The notes under the pieces are model-generated. The model was given only the letters and a program-made list of their open reading frames with translations, had not been told where the DNA came from and did no database searches. 62,092 nt of DNA from Phoronis australis (taxonomy: Eukaryota > Animalia > Phoronida): positions 9,219 to 71,310 of the forward strand of contig NMRA01000914.1 of assembly GCA_002633005.1 (NCBI GenBank), in the 5' to 3' direction. Of this stretch, positions 1-13,373 are shown piece by piece (position 1 is the stretch's first letter; the number at the start of each line of letters is the position of its first letter). The position numbers and the translations under genes are program-made.

Positions 1-2084
1 CAAGTGGAGACCAGTGGAGGCCAGTTTATGTCAGTGCAGGTCAGTGGAGGACAGTAGAGGCCAGTGGAGGCCAGGGGAGGCCAGTGGAGGCCAGTGGTTG
101 CCAGTGGAGGCCAGTGGAGGCCACTGGAGGAAAGTGGAGGCCAGTGGAGTCCTGTGTACGCCAGTGGACAACAGTGGAGTCCAGTGGAGGCCCGTGGAGG
201 AGTGTGGTTGCCAGTGGAGGCAAGTGGAATCCAGCAGAGGCCAGTGGAGGCCAGTGGAGGCCAGTGCAGGCCAGTGGAGGTTAGTGGAGGCCAGTGGACG
301 CCAGAGGAGAACAGTGGATTCTAGTGGAGGCCCGTGGAGGGCTCTGGAGGCCAGTGGAGGCTAGTGGCGGCCACTGGAGGCCACTGGAGGCCAGTGGAGG
401 CCAATGGAGGCCAGCGGAGGCCAGTGGAGGCCAGTGGAGGCCAGCGGAGGCCAGTGGAGGCCAGTGGAGGCCAGTGGAGGCCAGTGGAGGCCAGTGGAGG
501 CCAGTGGAGGCCATTGGAGGCCAGTGGAAGACAGTGGAGGCCAGTGGAGGCCAGTGGAGGCCAGTGGAGGCCAGTGGAAAGCAGTTCAGGCCAGTGGAGG
601 GCAGTGGTGGCCAGTGGAGGCCAGCGGAGGCCAGCAGAGGCCAGTGGAGGCCAGCGGAGGCCAGTGAAGGCAAGTGGAGACCAGTGGAGGCCAGTGGAGG
701 CCGGTGGAGGCCGGTGGAGGCCAGTGGAGGGCAGTGCAGGCCAGTGAAGGCCAGTGGAGGCCAGTGGAGGCCAGCGGAGGCCAGTGAAGGCAAGTGGAGA
801 AGAGTGGAGGCCAGTGGAGGCCGGTGGAGGCCGGTGGAAGCCAGTGGAGGGCAGTGCAGGACAGTGGAGGCCAGTGGATTCCAGTGGAGGCCAGTGGAGA
901 CCAGTGGAGGCCAGCGGAGGCCATTGGAGGCCAGCGGAGACCAGCGGAGGCCAGTGGAGGCCGGTGGAGGCCAGTGGAGGGCAGCGCAGGCCAGTGGACG
1001 CCAGTGGAGGCCAGTGGAGGCCAGTGGAGGCCAGTGGAAAGCCGTTCAGGCCAGTGGAGGGCAGTGGTGGCCAGTGGAGGCCAGTGGAGGCCGGTGGAGG
1101 CCAGTGGAGGCCAGTGGAGTCCAGTGGAGGCCAGTGGAGGCCAGTGNTGGATGCCAGTGGAGGCCAGTGGAGGCCAGTGGAGGCCAGTGGAGTCCAGTGG
1201 AGGCCAGTTTAGGCCAGTGGAGTCCAGTGGAGGCCTGCGCTGGCCAGTGGAGGCCAGTGGAGACCGGTGGAGGCCAGTGGAGGGCACTGGAGGACAGTGG
1301 AGGCCAGTGGAGTCCAGTGGAGGACAGTGGAGGCCAGTGGAGGCCAGTGGAGGCCAGTGGAGGCCAGTGAAAGCCAGTTGATGCCAATGGAGGCCAGTGT
1401 AGGCCAATGGAGGACAGTGGAGGCCAGTGGAGAACAGTGGAGGCCAGTGGCAGCCATTGGAGGCCATTGGAGGCCAGTGAAAGCCAGTGAACTCCATCGG
1501 TGGCCAGCGGAGGCCAGCGGAGGCCAGCGGAGGCCAGCGGTGGCCAGAGGTACCAGCGGAGTACAGTGGAGGCCATGACGGCCAGTGGAGGTTAGTAGAG
1601 GACAGTGGCGGCCAGTGGAGGACAGTGGAGGCCAGTGAAGGCCAGTGGAGGCCAGCGGAGGCCAGTGGAGGCCAGTGGCGGCCAGTGGCGGCCAGTGGAG
1701 GACAGTGGAGGACGGTGGAGGCCTCTGGAGGCCAGCAAATGCCAGCGGAGGCCAGCGGAGGCCAGCGTAGGCCTGCGGAGGCCAGTAGAGGCCAGTGAAA
1801 TCCAGTGAAGTCCATCGGTGGAAGCGGAGGCCAGCAGAGGCCTGAGGAGAGCAGCGGTGGCCAGTGGAGGCCAGTGGAGGCCAGTGGAGGCCAGTGGACG
1901 CCATTGGACGCCAGTGGACGCCACTGAAAGCCAGTGAAGTCCATCGGTGGCCAACGGAGGCCAGCGGAGGCCAGCGGAGGCCAGCGGAGTCCAGCGGAGG
2001 CCAGCGGAGGCCAGCGGAGGCCAGCGGAGGCCAGCGGAGGTCAGCGGAGGCCAGCGGAGGCCAGCGGAGGCCAGCGGAGGCCAG
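1..2084. repeat. Tandem satellite, 10-bp unit CCAGTGGAGG (variant CCAGCGGAGG dominant near the 3' end)
   Basis: Directly visible, about 200 copies with point variants; runs off the window start and into an N gap (2085-2230). Confidence 0.97.
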
Positions 2085-2230
2085 NNNNNNNNNNNNNNNN
2101 NNNNNNNNNNNNNNNNNNNNNNNNNNNNNNNNNNNNNNNNNNNNNNNNNNNNNNNNNNNNNNNNNNNNNNNNNNNNNNNNNNNNNNNNNNNNNNNNNNNN
2201 NNNNNNNNNNNNNNNNNNNNNNNNNNNNNN
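2085..2230. other. Assembly gap (N run)
   Basis: 146 N immediately after the satellite. Confidence 0.99.
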
Positions 2231-2607
2231 AAACACTATCTGACCTGATATTACACAAAGTAAGAATTGATCACATCAAATACCTAAAAACACTCTGGCG
2301 AATTTGTAGTGAAGGCTGTAAAGACAGAAGACAATAAAAACAAAAAGGCAAGGCTAATCAGCTTGGCACCACAGGCGCTTACCAGACCCAACTATGACGA
2401 CTTAGAATTGAAAGTTCACAATTTCGAACTTTATACAACTAACGTGAACATAAAACGTCTAAAATCAGTAAATTAGATTCAGGATGAGTCCAAATGCACT
2501 CCATCAAAATGATTATTATTCCAGTGCAACAGAACACAAAGCAATATACCCAGTACCTTTTCACGCACACAGTGAACCATTTTGTTTACATCGGAAGTAA
2601 AACCAAG

Positions 2608-2705
2608 GCATGCGCATTGATGCCCACACACGGAATTCCGTGTGTCGGTCATCATGTTTCCACAGGGCCACTTTGCAGTATAGGTGGCGCTGTGTCAGAG
2701 GGTAG
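2608..2705. repeat. Dispersed ~100-bp repeat with a 20-bp perfect palindrome (copy 1; copy 2 at about 51359-51455)
   Basis: GCATGCGCATTGATGCCCACACACGGAATTCCGTGTGTCG...GAGGGTAG occurs at both sites. Palindrome ACACACGGAATTCCGTGTGT at 2626-2645 and 51377-51396. Confidence 0.85.
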
Positions 2706-5700
2706 AACCCAGGCCGAGAAAACGCCGTCAGTGCGACTGGAGCAGTGCCTGTACTGTTACCAGCCAGCAAACGGGGATAAAAAAATCGACAGCGCGCCTT
2801 AATTTTGATAAAATCAAAGTACGGACAATTTTATGGAATTTGCTGAAGAAGTGTGGCGAATAAATTTTGACAGAAATTATTTTGCCTCGGGACCGCAGCC
2901 TATCGGACCCGTTGCGGGTCGAGACCAGACACTTGCGAACGGTAAATGCATGCGGTTGCAAGCTGTTTTGTCGAAGTAAAATGGTCAAATGATAAATGCT
3001 GCATATGTTCAAGGGTAGTTTCAGACACTTGCATGAAATTACGGGCTGGTTAGTCCTGTGTCACACTGCCGCGGCAGACCTTAGTTAGCCTCAGTCACCA
3101 GCTACCAGTGATGACTATAGTCAAAATACAGCTTGTTAGTAGGCTTAGTAGTTTTGCGCCAAGACTACCCTTAGGCCTAACTGGTCGCTGGCCACAAACA
3201 CAAAAAAAACACGAAAATTGAACAAAGTTTCTTTTTTGTAGCAACGTTTGTCAAAATGTATCAACGTTAAATCTTCACAAATTACAAAGTAGCCGACTGA
3301 ACATGCCTTTCAGTTCAACAAAAGTCAACACTGTAGGTGCCGCCAGAAATGAGACGAAGTCCAACGGGAATTGTGAGCACGTTTATCACTTAATGAGTAA
3401 CAACTGCGAGGCTGAAATTTGGTGAACACTGCTAAATCGTGCAGAATAGTAATTAAAGATATATCTAACTAAATTTCACTGTAATTTGTTGGCGAAAACA
3501 ATTTACACAAAGTTTTAAACTCGTAACTCATCCGCTGTCCTCCAATATGGCCGACGCGATCCAAACAAAGTGACCCGAATTTCGCCACAAAACTTGCAAT
3601 AACTTTACAGTGCTTGCCCCGATTTTGATACTTTTTCAATTTTTACTGAGTAGAATGTACTACCTTTCCGATGATAGCAAAGTACTTTTTCAAAACGAGG
3701 AAAAAAATAAAACCGAAAAAAATTGGTTCGACCCATATTGGTTCCTAGGTTCGACCCGCCTAGGTAAGGAACTAAACACCAATGCTATTTTAACATACTA
3801 AGTACGCGTAACATTCAAAAAAAATCAACGACCACTAACTACAATCTATAAATACACTACATATGCAAACGAATCACGATATATTACTAATAAAACAAAA
3901 TAATGAAGACTTTTCGAGCAAGCCATAGCACATTCAGTTACAATAAAAAATGGCGGCGTTCAGGACAAGTTCCTGAACTGATGAGCCGGAAACGTGGGTA
4001 CGGAAATAACCGATGACAACCGGTAATTATACGCTCAGAGAGAAGGGTCAAATACTGTTAAAAAATCGCTTTTGGCAAGAAAGGCGCAAAGAATATAAAG
4101 AAAGGGTGTCGAAAATAAGAATTTATATAGTAAGTATTTTCGGATACTGGAACCACATGGGCAGTTTGCAAGAAGGACTTTAAGTCCGGTCTCGTAATAT
4201 TTCTTGGCGTGATAGGAATCTATATTCTGTTGTAAACAATGAGATCTAGATCATCAGTGTCCCAAGAAAATGCTTCCGAGTTTCCTGAAATTGGTCAAAC
4301 CTAAAACTGCGAATTCGATAGTTGCGTGCTGTCTGATTTGAATTGGTAACGGAAATAAAATCCCCTTACAGCAAGGAATATGTCGGATTTGATAAGGTTG
4401 AAAGGCGACCGCTAGTCTGAGGACGTGAGTTTGAATCCATCTTGAGCCAGTATAATCTCAAAACACGTTTTCTCGCCAATTGTGCCACTTAAAATTTATA
4501 TGACATGCTATTTTAAACACTGCAATCCAAATGAACATTCTTGAGTGTTTCAGATTTTGGAGTGTGTATCCACCGTCTATTCACAGCTTTTACTACTGCT
4601 TAACCAAAAGTATTTATTCACTGTTTTGTGTAAGTGTATTAATAAGCGTAATCTATTATAGTATACATTCTGTTGTTGAAACATAAACGGTGCAAGCTGG
4701 GTGTTACCCAGTGTCAGTTGGAATAGCTTGTAGGTACAGTCGGATCATCTGGAGAAGAATCGCTATGGCTCCAAAGGATTGACGGGTTGAGTTCCATCTG
4801 AAAATATTGTTCGAAATGTGTCAGAAATGGACTAGGCCGGATCGTCAGGCAGGGTCATGTTCAATAAGACACTTGCGACGATAAATCCTGGTTTATACGA
4901 CACAAGCTACAGAACTGGTATTACATTAGCGCGATCCTGCGTGAATTCACTAAACTGGCAAGATGAAGTTTCGACAACTTTGCCATGTTGGTGTTCCATA
5001 TTACCATTCGAAAGATTGGCGGCAGTTCAATCACGTTATCGAGGACTATTCTTGCCATCTTATTGATGTGAAGACAAACAACCTCCCCAAAAAACGTTTT
5101 ATGAAGCCAAGAATAGTTGCTTGCCACTAATAGCACGATTGAAGCAACTACCCTGAGCAGACACAAGTCATTGTCAGTTATCGTCTGCCTTACTGTCAGT
5201 TCCAAAAGAATTGCTGTCTTACAACTTTAGAACGTCGAAAAATGTATGTCATTACGTGCAAATAATCGACATGTATTCAAAAACTCTGGCACCCGATTGT
5301 TTTAGGCTTTTGTGAATGATTTTGAACTCGGTACACCTGTTGCAGACAATGAAGCAAAACGCCGGAGCAGGTGTTTCGTGAACACGAACGGACATACATG
5401 TAAGCGCGATTGAAGTCAAAAGAGAAAGCCGCAGCGTTGCTTGGCGAATTTTTCTCGTTAAATTTCCCGTTTTTCTACAGTAAATAGAAAGACATGTTTC
5501 ATGTTTACGATCTATCTGGTAGCTAGCAACAGAATTTTTGTCATTATTTGTCAAAAAATCTGAGGCCGGTTAGCGCTAACCAATGTGTGAGTCTAACAGC
5601 GACGCCTAAGAGCTTCCTGGAAGGAATACTTTATCGATTGTCTTGATTTTTAGAGCCAATATCCATAGATCGTCTGCATCTCGGCTAAGACCAATTTCCT

Positions 5701-6132
5701 GCCACAGATTTCAAAACGTGCGCAAACGGATCAAGATGGAAAAATGCACGCTCCGGCACCACTTGTATTATTGAGGTGCATGAATGGGTGGAGGTGACGT
5801 GACGCCGAAAGTCAAACTGGCTTGATCATTGTTGTAGTTGTCAAATGGTGAAGTGCACTGAGTGGTTGATGTTTTACACATTTGAGCATTGGCCTAAAGA
5901 AACACTGGTGCTGAAGAGATGTAAAACCTACTGATAATTGCAAGCATGCATACAACATGTGAAATGTGTCAGTCGTCATCCTGAACCGATGGCCCATGGA
6001 ACTCGAGCAAGAAGACTGTATTTCGGGAACATGTGTAATTGTACAAAAAGTGTTTTGCAACAAAAAGAGTCTTAGTATATATCAGGAGTTGCCTTGTGAG
6101 ATGAGTGTATTTTGAAGGGGGGGGTGAAAAAG

Positions 6133-6288
6133 CATGGGCGATGCAGCACTGAAAAAAGTGGGGGCTAAAGCCCCCCTCAGCCCCCGTGGTTCATCGCCTA
6201 TAGACCATGTGCGGCGTAGCACTCAAAAACTCAAAAAGTGGGGGCCTACAGCCCCCCCCCCCCAGCCCCCAGTGGTGCACAGCCCATG
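6133..6288. mobile_element. MITE (internally duplicated), CATGGGC...GCCCATG ends, 5-bp TSD AAAAG
   Basis: Inverted termini; AAAAG at 6128-6132 and 6289-6293; two similar internal halves (AAAAAGTGGGGG...CCCCC). Confidence 0.6.
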
Positions 6289-6855
6289 AAAAGGGGAGTT
6301 AAAATTATGTTTCCCATACCGATGCTGAAGTAGGTACGTGGATGGCTGGCAGAAGACTGACTCGTACTTATTTTGAATATTTTGAATGATCAGGCAAAAC
6401 CAAGTTAGTGTAAAGCAAGATTTAGTTGGCACCTTGCTTGTAAACGAACTGTCTTAACAACTAGATTCTTCCTGAATGTCCACGTGTTGTCAACGTTAAC
6501 TTAATAGTTGGCAATCATGGGCCACGGTTCTTGGCAATAGGTGTTTCTCGAGCAACTATTTTTCCTAGGGCTCGTTGCCCAACGCCATTTGCACATGTAG
6601 TTTCAGCATGCAAAGTGCACCGCCTGTTGGACATTTGACGTTGTAATAAAGTGCGAGTACATTTTGGGACACTCGGTACTATTGATTTCACAGCTTTCGC
6701 TTTTTCTGAGCGAGAATGTAAGTAAAGCTGCCAACTTCATCAAACTCACCGGGTACTCTGAAAGGTGCAGTTTCTGAGAAATGTGTTGTGTGACTTGTTA
6801 CCGATATATTATTAATGCAAAGTGTTACCTAAAATAGGACTATGCGTTAACCTAC

Positions 6856-7179
6856 CAATCACTTTAATGGGCCCTGTTTCAGCTGACAAAGTAGCTTGCC
6901 TGTTCGTCACTTGACATGTGAACTGTACACCATCGTCAGCTGAATCCAAATTCACCGTCAGTGTGCTGGTGCCGCTAGTGGTTCCATCATTATTATCGCT
7001 GGTACTTGTTGTAACATTATCAGCTATGTTTCCGAACGTATAGTTACCAACCCGACGTGACCACACCATAGAAGCCTGCGGTTTGCCCAAGTTGGCTGTA
7101 CACAAGAAGACAGTCGGTCCTGCTCCACCAAGGACAGATTGTGTGGGAGCGACGGATATAGATGGTGTGCCTGGGAGGA
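6856..7179 (-). CDS. Ig-superfamily protein exon 3: C2-type (CD80/nectin-like) Ig domain
   Basis: 324-nt phase 1-1 exon, acceptor tttgcag|, donor G|gtaggt. Encodes FLCTANLGKPQASMVW...STLTVNLDSADDGVQFTCQVTN with the Cys-Trp-Cys Ig core. Further 3' exons not resolved. Confidence 0.85.
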
Positions 7180-7683
7180 CTGCAAATGATGCCATAGTGA
7201 CATTCCATAATCTCTTTTTAACAATTCAAATCTAGTATACAACAAATATTTACCATCAGGACATAAAGAATACACCAGGTGACCTAATTCTTATGAAATA
7301 TCTGTTTCAGAAAGCACACAAACTCTATCAGCTTTAAGTGCACGAGTCCTCGTGATGGATTAAAATATTCGACATCTATAAAGAGTAAAGTGAATGTATC
7401 GAAAATAAAGCAAAAAACAAGAGAGTTCAAATTATAGACTGAGGTAATCTGAGATGAGTAATGTTCTTTCATTCATGTCGTCGGCTACCATTACATGTCC
7501 GCCGTCAGACAAGGACATAACTTCAGGATCGATGTCAATAAAATTTGGGTAGAGTTCAGTACCTGTCTTGCGGCTAGTAAAATTTAGCCAAAATCACGTA
7601 TTCTCATTTAAACTACAGAGCAATGTCATATTTAATCTCGTGAAGTGTTGCTTCTTATATAGGTAATATCAGGGAACTCTTAC

Positions 7684-8049
7684 CATCTAGAACTATTTGT
7701 GTATGAACAGGATAAACAGCAATGTTCTGGTCTCTGGTCATTTCCACAGTATACTGGCCCTCATCGCTAGTTGTAACTTGTGATAAGGTGATAGTGAATT
7801 GAGTTCTGCCAAAATAGTAATTTGTAGAACCGCGAGACACGTAGTTCCCAGAAAAACTTCCGTTGAGAACTGGTCGGCCTGCTACTACAGTGGGCGCTTT
7901 AAACACGTCTTGGATGCCCCTTTTCAACGCGACACTGTTGAAATTTTCTCCCGAACTTAAAGTGTAACCGATTTCTAATACGGCTGGGCCTCCCTTGACA
8001 GCGATGGTCTCAACCGGCACTCTCACCGTGAGGGATTCAACGCCAAACG
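7684..8049 (-). CDS. Ig-superfamily protein exon 2: V-like Ig domain lacking the canonical disulfide
   Basis: 366-nt phase 1-1 exon, acceptor tttccag|, donor G|gtaaga. GGPAVLEIGY...FTITLSQVTTSDEGQYTVEM carries the V-set D-x-G-x-Y motif but no Cys. Confidence 0.82.
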
Positions 8050-9535
8050 CTGGAAATAACAAAATGTCCATGAATGTTACGTTGACTATGGTTCAATATA
8101 AGGTTCAACTTTATAAAACAACCATATTCTAAAACGGCTACCCTTGTAAGTCCTGCTACAGCTAGTTTTGGATGAAATCTACAGTGCTCTTTTGGGACGA
8201 AACCTACCTAAATTACAAATTTCCAGATCCAAACAAGAGTCTTCGATAAAAACTCATTGTATCAAATTTCATGTTATGTTATTAAACAACGCCCTCACAG
8301 TCATATACTTTAATCATTTTTGTAGGTGCTTTTCCCCGATGTCTTTTCTACACTGAGTTCCATTCGAAACTCAGTGACGTAACTACTACGAGGTACAGGA
8401 TTGGAAATGGCACTACTTGCCAAGTCAGGAATGTCGAAAAAGCAGACGATAGGCGAATCCAAGGGGGTCAAGGGTGTCCACACGCACNCCCCCCCCCCCC
8501 CCAACTGGTTTTAATGATATCAAATCTAGAAATTTCAAATTGTTGAATATATAAATACCCAGGGTCGCCTTGACACGCACGAAAGATCGATCTAAATTGG
8601 TTTTATTCCATAACGGCCAACGATGATTTTTTACATTGTATTTTTTTGTCTCTTAGAAGATAAGTTTGTTTTGGCACAGAATCTTTCATATTATCGACAC
8701 AATTTGCTTTTACCAGGATCTCTGCAACTCGGAGCAGCCGACGCTGCCACTGTAACGGTATCAGGCTTCAAGTGATATAAGTTATAAATTTGCTATGTTT
8801 TGTGTCACTATTGATCATGAAGCGTTGAGGACTTTTTGAAAACGTGAGTGAACTTGAATATTATCAGATTATACCACAACATTGGCGTTTTCCTAAAACG
8901 AGGATACGAGGTTCTCAAGACTAGAAAAACGAGCTTCTGACAATCCTGAATATGTTCTGAATTACATGATCCCAATATTTTGACAATCCAGTGAATGCTT
9001 TGAAATAATGGTTTTAACGTTACGTACTCTCCCGTGCACGTACACGGGAAACGCACCTGTGCTTAATATATCCCCGGGTGGTCACATATCGACAAGGCGT
9101 GTACCAAAAATTTCTTAGAGACCCCCTATTGCGGGTTCCAGGTCTGCTAATTCCCACTCTCTTTTGCGTGGCGAATTTTTATTTAGGAAGACGGCCAGTA
9201 CGCCTTTTGCGGGACTGAGGTCAACGTAGTGGGCCTTTTGCAGGGACTAAATAGAAATTGAGGGACCCATTGTTCCCCCACGCGCGGGTCCCGCAAAACT
9301 TGCTGAAAAGTACCCCTACCCGTAATTTTTGGTACACGCCTGCAGTCACATTGTCAACGTGAGTGACCCTCTGGGACTCTACCTAATTGAAGATGGACGA
9401 ATAGTCCAGTCATTCTACGGATAACCCGGAAAAAATTGCAACAGAAGGTTTTATTGCATAAATCGTATCCTTTCACACCCCGTAGTGGGAAAAAAAAAGT
9501 CTACCGGAATTGGAGTGGCGGAAGTTGGTTTTTCA

Positions 9536-10180
9536 AGATGGCGGACAAAATGGCCGCCAAATTTTCTGATGCTCACTATAACTCAAGAGTGGAATGTGAT
9601 AGAGTAAAAATTCAAAAAGGTTTACCTATGTTTTGTTGGTCAACAAATCCATTGGAAATGGTTTTGCATGGCTGTCGTGACACCGTCCGCCATTTTCCAA
9701 GATGGCCGCCAAATCTACTAATTGAGTCGCACAAATTTCGCACGAACAGATTAGTGTGTCGTCTTGCTTCAAACGTTGCATCTTCGGTTTTCTGGGTCGA
9801 CTAATCCATTGAGATTCATTGAATTTGGCACTAATGATTACTTCCACCATTTCCAAGATGGCGGAAAAAATGGCCGACAGATTTGCAGATGATTATTATA
9901 ACTCGAGAGTGGAATATGATAGAGTAAAAATTCAAAAAGGTTTACCTATCTTTTGTGGGTCAACAAATCCATTGGAAAAGTTTTACATGGCTGTAGTGAC
10001 ACCATCAGCCATTTTCTAAGATGGCCTCCAAAACTATTTCGAATCGCACAACTTCGCACAAACAGATTAGTGCGTCTTGCTTCAAACATTGTATCATAGG
10101 TTTTCTGGGTCGACTAATCCACTTAGACTATTTGCGTTTGGCTCTAATGATTACTTCCACCATTTCTAAGATGGCCACCA
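9536..10180. repeat. Two tandem ~320-bp subterminal repeats inside the Academ element
   Basis: AAGATGGCGG...GATAGAGTAAAAATTCAAAAAGGTTTACCTA...CAACAAATCCATTGGAAA...TTTTCTGGGTCGACTAATCCA recurs from 9536 and from 9856. Confidence 0.85.
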
Positions 10181-10506
10181 AATAGTTGCTTCGTGTAAGA
10201 ACTTCCGATTCCAGAGACACGCCATATTCTGAGTTTTTTAGGTCAACACGTCCATTACAATAATTTTTGTCTGGCTCTTGATCATTACGACTACCATTTT
10301 CAAGATGGTTTGACAAATAACTTATTTGGTTCAAAAACATCAGGTTTGCCTGGATTGAAGGATCGTTCTCCTCCTGAAAAAATGTGCTGTATTTAAAATA
10401 ACTCTCTGCAATTAATTCAGTGGTCTACTATCCACACTGTCTGTGTCACTTCCAGTTAGTTGTAAATGCTAGTGAATCTATACAAAATCAACCAGTATTT
10501 ACACAA

Positions 10507-13373
10507 CTAATCTCTGTCAACTGAGAATGAATTGCTGCAGCTATAACCATGGCATTCTCCACATGCAACCGAGTACAGCAATCCTAATTTCTTGCAAGTA
10601 CATCTCTTGGAACTGCAGCATCTCACTACTTTCAGCAGATTCTTTGGTGCTGCTGACTGGTGCATCGTTGTGGGAATGAATTTTCCACCTGCCAGCATCC
10701 ATCCCCAATACAGCGAGTCTAGGCCACTGCCACGGAAACTTGACCGCTCTTGCTCTTGATAATATGTCCCGGCAGCATGGAATTTAGCTACTGAAGAAAG
10801 TTGGTGATAATGACTGTATTTGGACTGTAGCTAGTCTGACACCTCATCCACAAATCGCCTGTATCTCAAGTCATCCAAATTTCCAGAGCCAGTGCTGCCA
10901 TGAAGCACAGATACAACTCTTACCAGCTTCAAACATGTCTTGCTTCAGCTGCATGTGTCTAGTGAATACTCTTACTAGAGTTTTTGCAGAATTCTCAATC
11001 TTGCAGTTTCATCAATGGGAGAGCCTTTGCTAATACCGCACAGTTGTAATGTTGTGTTGCAACCACCTATTGCATGCGCAAATGGCAAAACTGCGCAAGT
11101 TTTTGACACCAAGAGGCAACTGCAGTTCCTTGATGTCCCAGACTCTCCTCTTGCTTTGGTGCCTCTTGTCAAATTTCATGAACATTGGAATTTGTTGTGA
11201 AGTAGCATGGTAGCACAAAAGAACCAACAAGTCTGTATCGTCTGCAATAAGGGTAGTTGGACCTTGTGCTGGGTTCTCTAATGCTATTTCTACAATTAAA
11301 ACATGTGCGTCACCGTGAGCTTGCACCACTGTGCAACAAGCATTTCCTAGCAAACTTGACAAGAAGTGAATGAATCGTTTGTTTTTGCTCTTTGCCAAAA
11401 ATGTTCCTTTTTTACTTGATCACCATGTCACCATTGAAGTGAACTTCAGTTCCAACCACCCCACCCAGTCTTCTTTATTTGATGGTCCATCTCAGTAACC
11501 ATCCAAAACAACAGTAGGCTGGGTGCACATGCTGATGTAATCCATATAAGCTCTACCAAATGACTGAAACGTTGCAACTCTAGGCCATGGAATACGGTGA
11601 AGGAGAGAACCGGTGTCAGTTACATGCATCACCGTGTTTTCTGGAAATTGAAATCCTCCAGTAGTCCCCAATGGACCAGAGTGCATCAGCTCATATTGAT
11701 TTATTAGTGATTCTGGGAAGACCAGATGTATCAAAAAGAGCAGGGGAACCAACACACAGTTCAAACTTCAAAAGGCTTGATGAACTTTCACTGTTGTCTT
11801 TTGCAGCTGTCAGGTAAAGTTACTATTAGCAGCATGAACTGATTGACTAGTCATTGCCACAACCTTGTCTTTCTCTCTGAATGTGAAGTCTTTCACACTT
11901 GACCCCTCCATAGACATAGACAAGTGAACCGCCTTCCCCACTTCTCTGGCATTTTCGGCACTGACGCATGTGCCTGCAGTCACACCAGTGGCGATGTTCT
12001 GTAATGTTTCTCTTTAAAATGGGTTACTGTTGTGGAGAAATTCAACAAGGCTGCGGATGTCTTGCCTGGGTACATTCTTTATGCTGCTGACTTGTTTCAC
12101 AACTCAAGTTTGTCACAGTCTGCACGGCACCATTTATACTTGAGCATGCCAGCAAGGAAAGCAGCCACGGTGCACTCTGTGTACCTCCCATTTCGTAACC
12201 TCTAGTTCAACCTCCTGTTCTTTTAATACTGTTCATGAGCGTTTGTTCAATTACAAGATCATATCTCATTATGACAAGCCTGCCCAGAATCTGTCACTTT
12301 GTCTTATTGTGTTTTGGCCATAGACATCTGGACGGGTGTCTTTGAGTTGCTAGGTCTGCTGCAAGTATATGTATGAGGATTTTGCATAAGAGTTGTGACC
12401 AGCAGCTGCAAAGTAAGGCAGCATTTCAGAAACTGCTTTTAAGTGAAGCTCCAAATCTGACGTTATTTCTGCTTTTAAAAAGTCGAAGGATGTCAGTCAT
12501 CTTCATGTACTGTAGGCAAAGACTAATGATTCGACTTTACAAGGACAAGTCTGATTTATGTGCTTCGATTTTTTATGGATGCCCACAAGACACTCCGACG
12601 AGCATACATCGTCGCACACAGACGTCATGCCAGCAATAAGATGATCATACCGCTTCAGACCAGCTCTCAAATCATCATGAAAAATATCATTGGCCATTGA
12701 TTCTTCTGACGAACTATTCTCTGTCACTGTGAATTCTGAAGACCTATAATCTGATTCAGTCGTGTTTGAATATACCAATGGCAGTAGGTCGGAAGCCAGA
12801 TGTTAACTCTTGTGAGGGCATTCCACTGTAATCCAAGGTTCAGAATCGGAAGACACTGGCTGGGCATGGCATGCCCCAGAGTATACATCTTTTTATTTGA
12901 TCAGTTGGGATGTCTGGGATGTCTGAAGAATCTGTCTCCATATTCTGATGAGCCAAAATTTGTGTACAAACATTGAACTGCTCCACCTCTTGGCATGGAA
13001 TCTGTTTGTTCTGTGCTGGTGACATTCCAGACTGCTGGATTTTCTGAAGAACCTGAATTTCTTTATTCATTGGTTTTGGATTGGCGTTACCTCATCTGTC
13101 AATATTTGGAAGTGGGATGTTGAATGTTCTGGCATTTATGATGGCATTCAGTGCTGAGTCTACCAACATATGCCCCCTCACTGCTCTATCCACACTTTTT
13201 CCATTTAAAATAAGGATCACACTGTTTGATGCATGTACCGTCTCAAGAAATTCTTGAAGCCACGTGCCTGACATTACGTATCCAATAGATCCCAGAAAGC
13301 TCATCTCAGTATATCTTTCAAGCCTGGCTAAGAACAAGTGACTGCAGATCACTGTCGTTTTGTTTGATGGCAC
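10507..13373 (-). pseudogene. Fragmented Academ transposase / XPG(PIN)-like nuclease / Cys-cluster ORF
   Basis: ORF pieces SFLGSIGYVMSG...NGKSVDRAVRGHMLVDSAL, DTGSLLHRIPWP...VVLDGY, GDAHVLIV...IADDTDLLVLL, LPFAHAIGGCNTT and CTCKKLGL..S.ACGECHG..CSN, in the order expected for Academ proteins; many stops and frameshifts. Confidence 0.8.

Noticed and set aside
14-2337. Many long ORFs (QWRPVEASGG / WPPLASTGLH repeats)
   Set aside because: A stop-free 10-bp unit yields the same peptide in all three frames of each strand; no start or splice context. Satellite artefact.
4921-6063. Candidate 3' exons of the Ig gene (hydrophobic VVASIVLLVA; acceptors near 5336 and 5857)
   Set aside because: Phase-1 joins give immediate or early stops and there are several equally weak options; cannot choose without transcripts.
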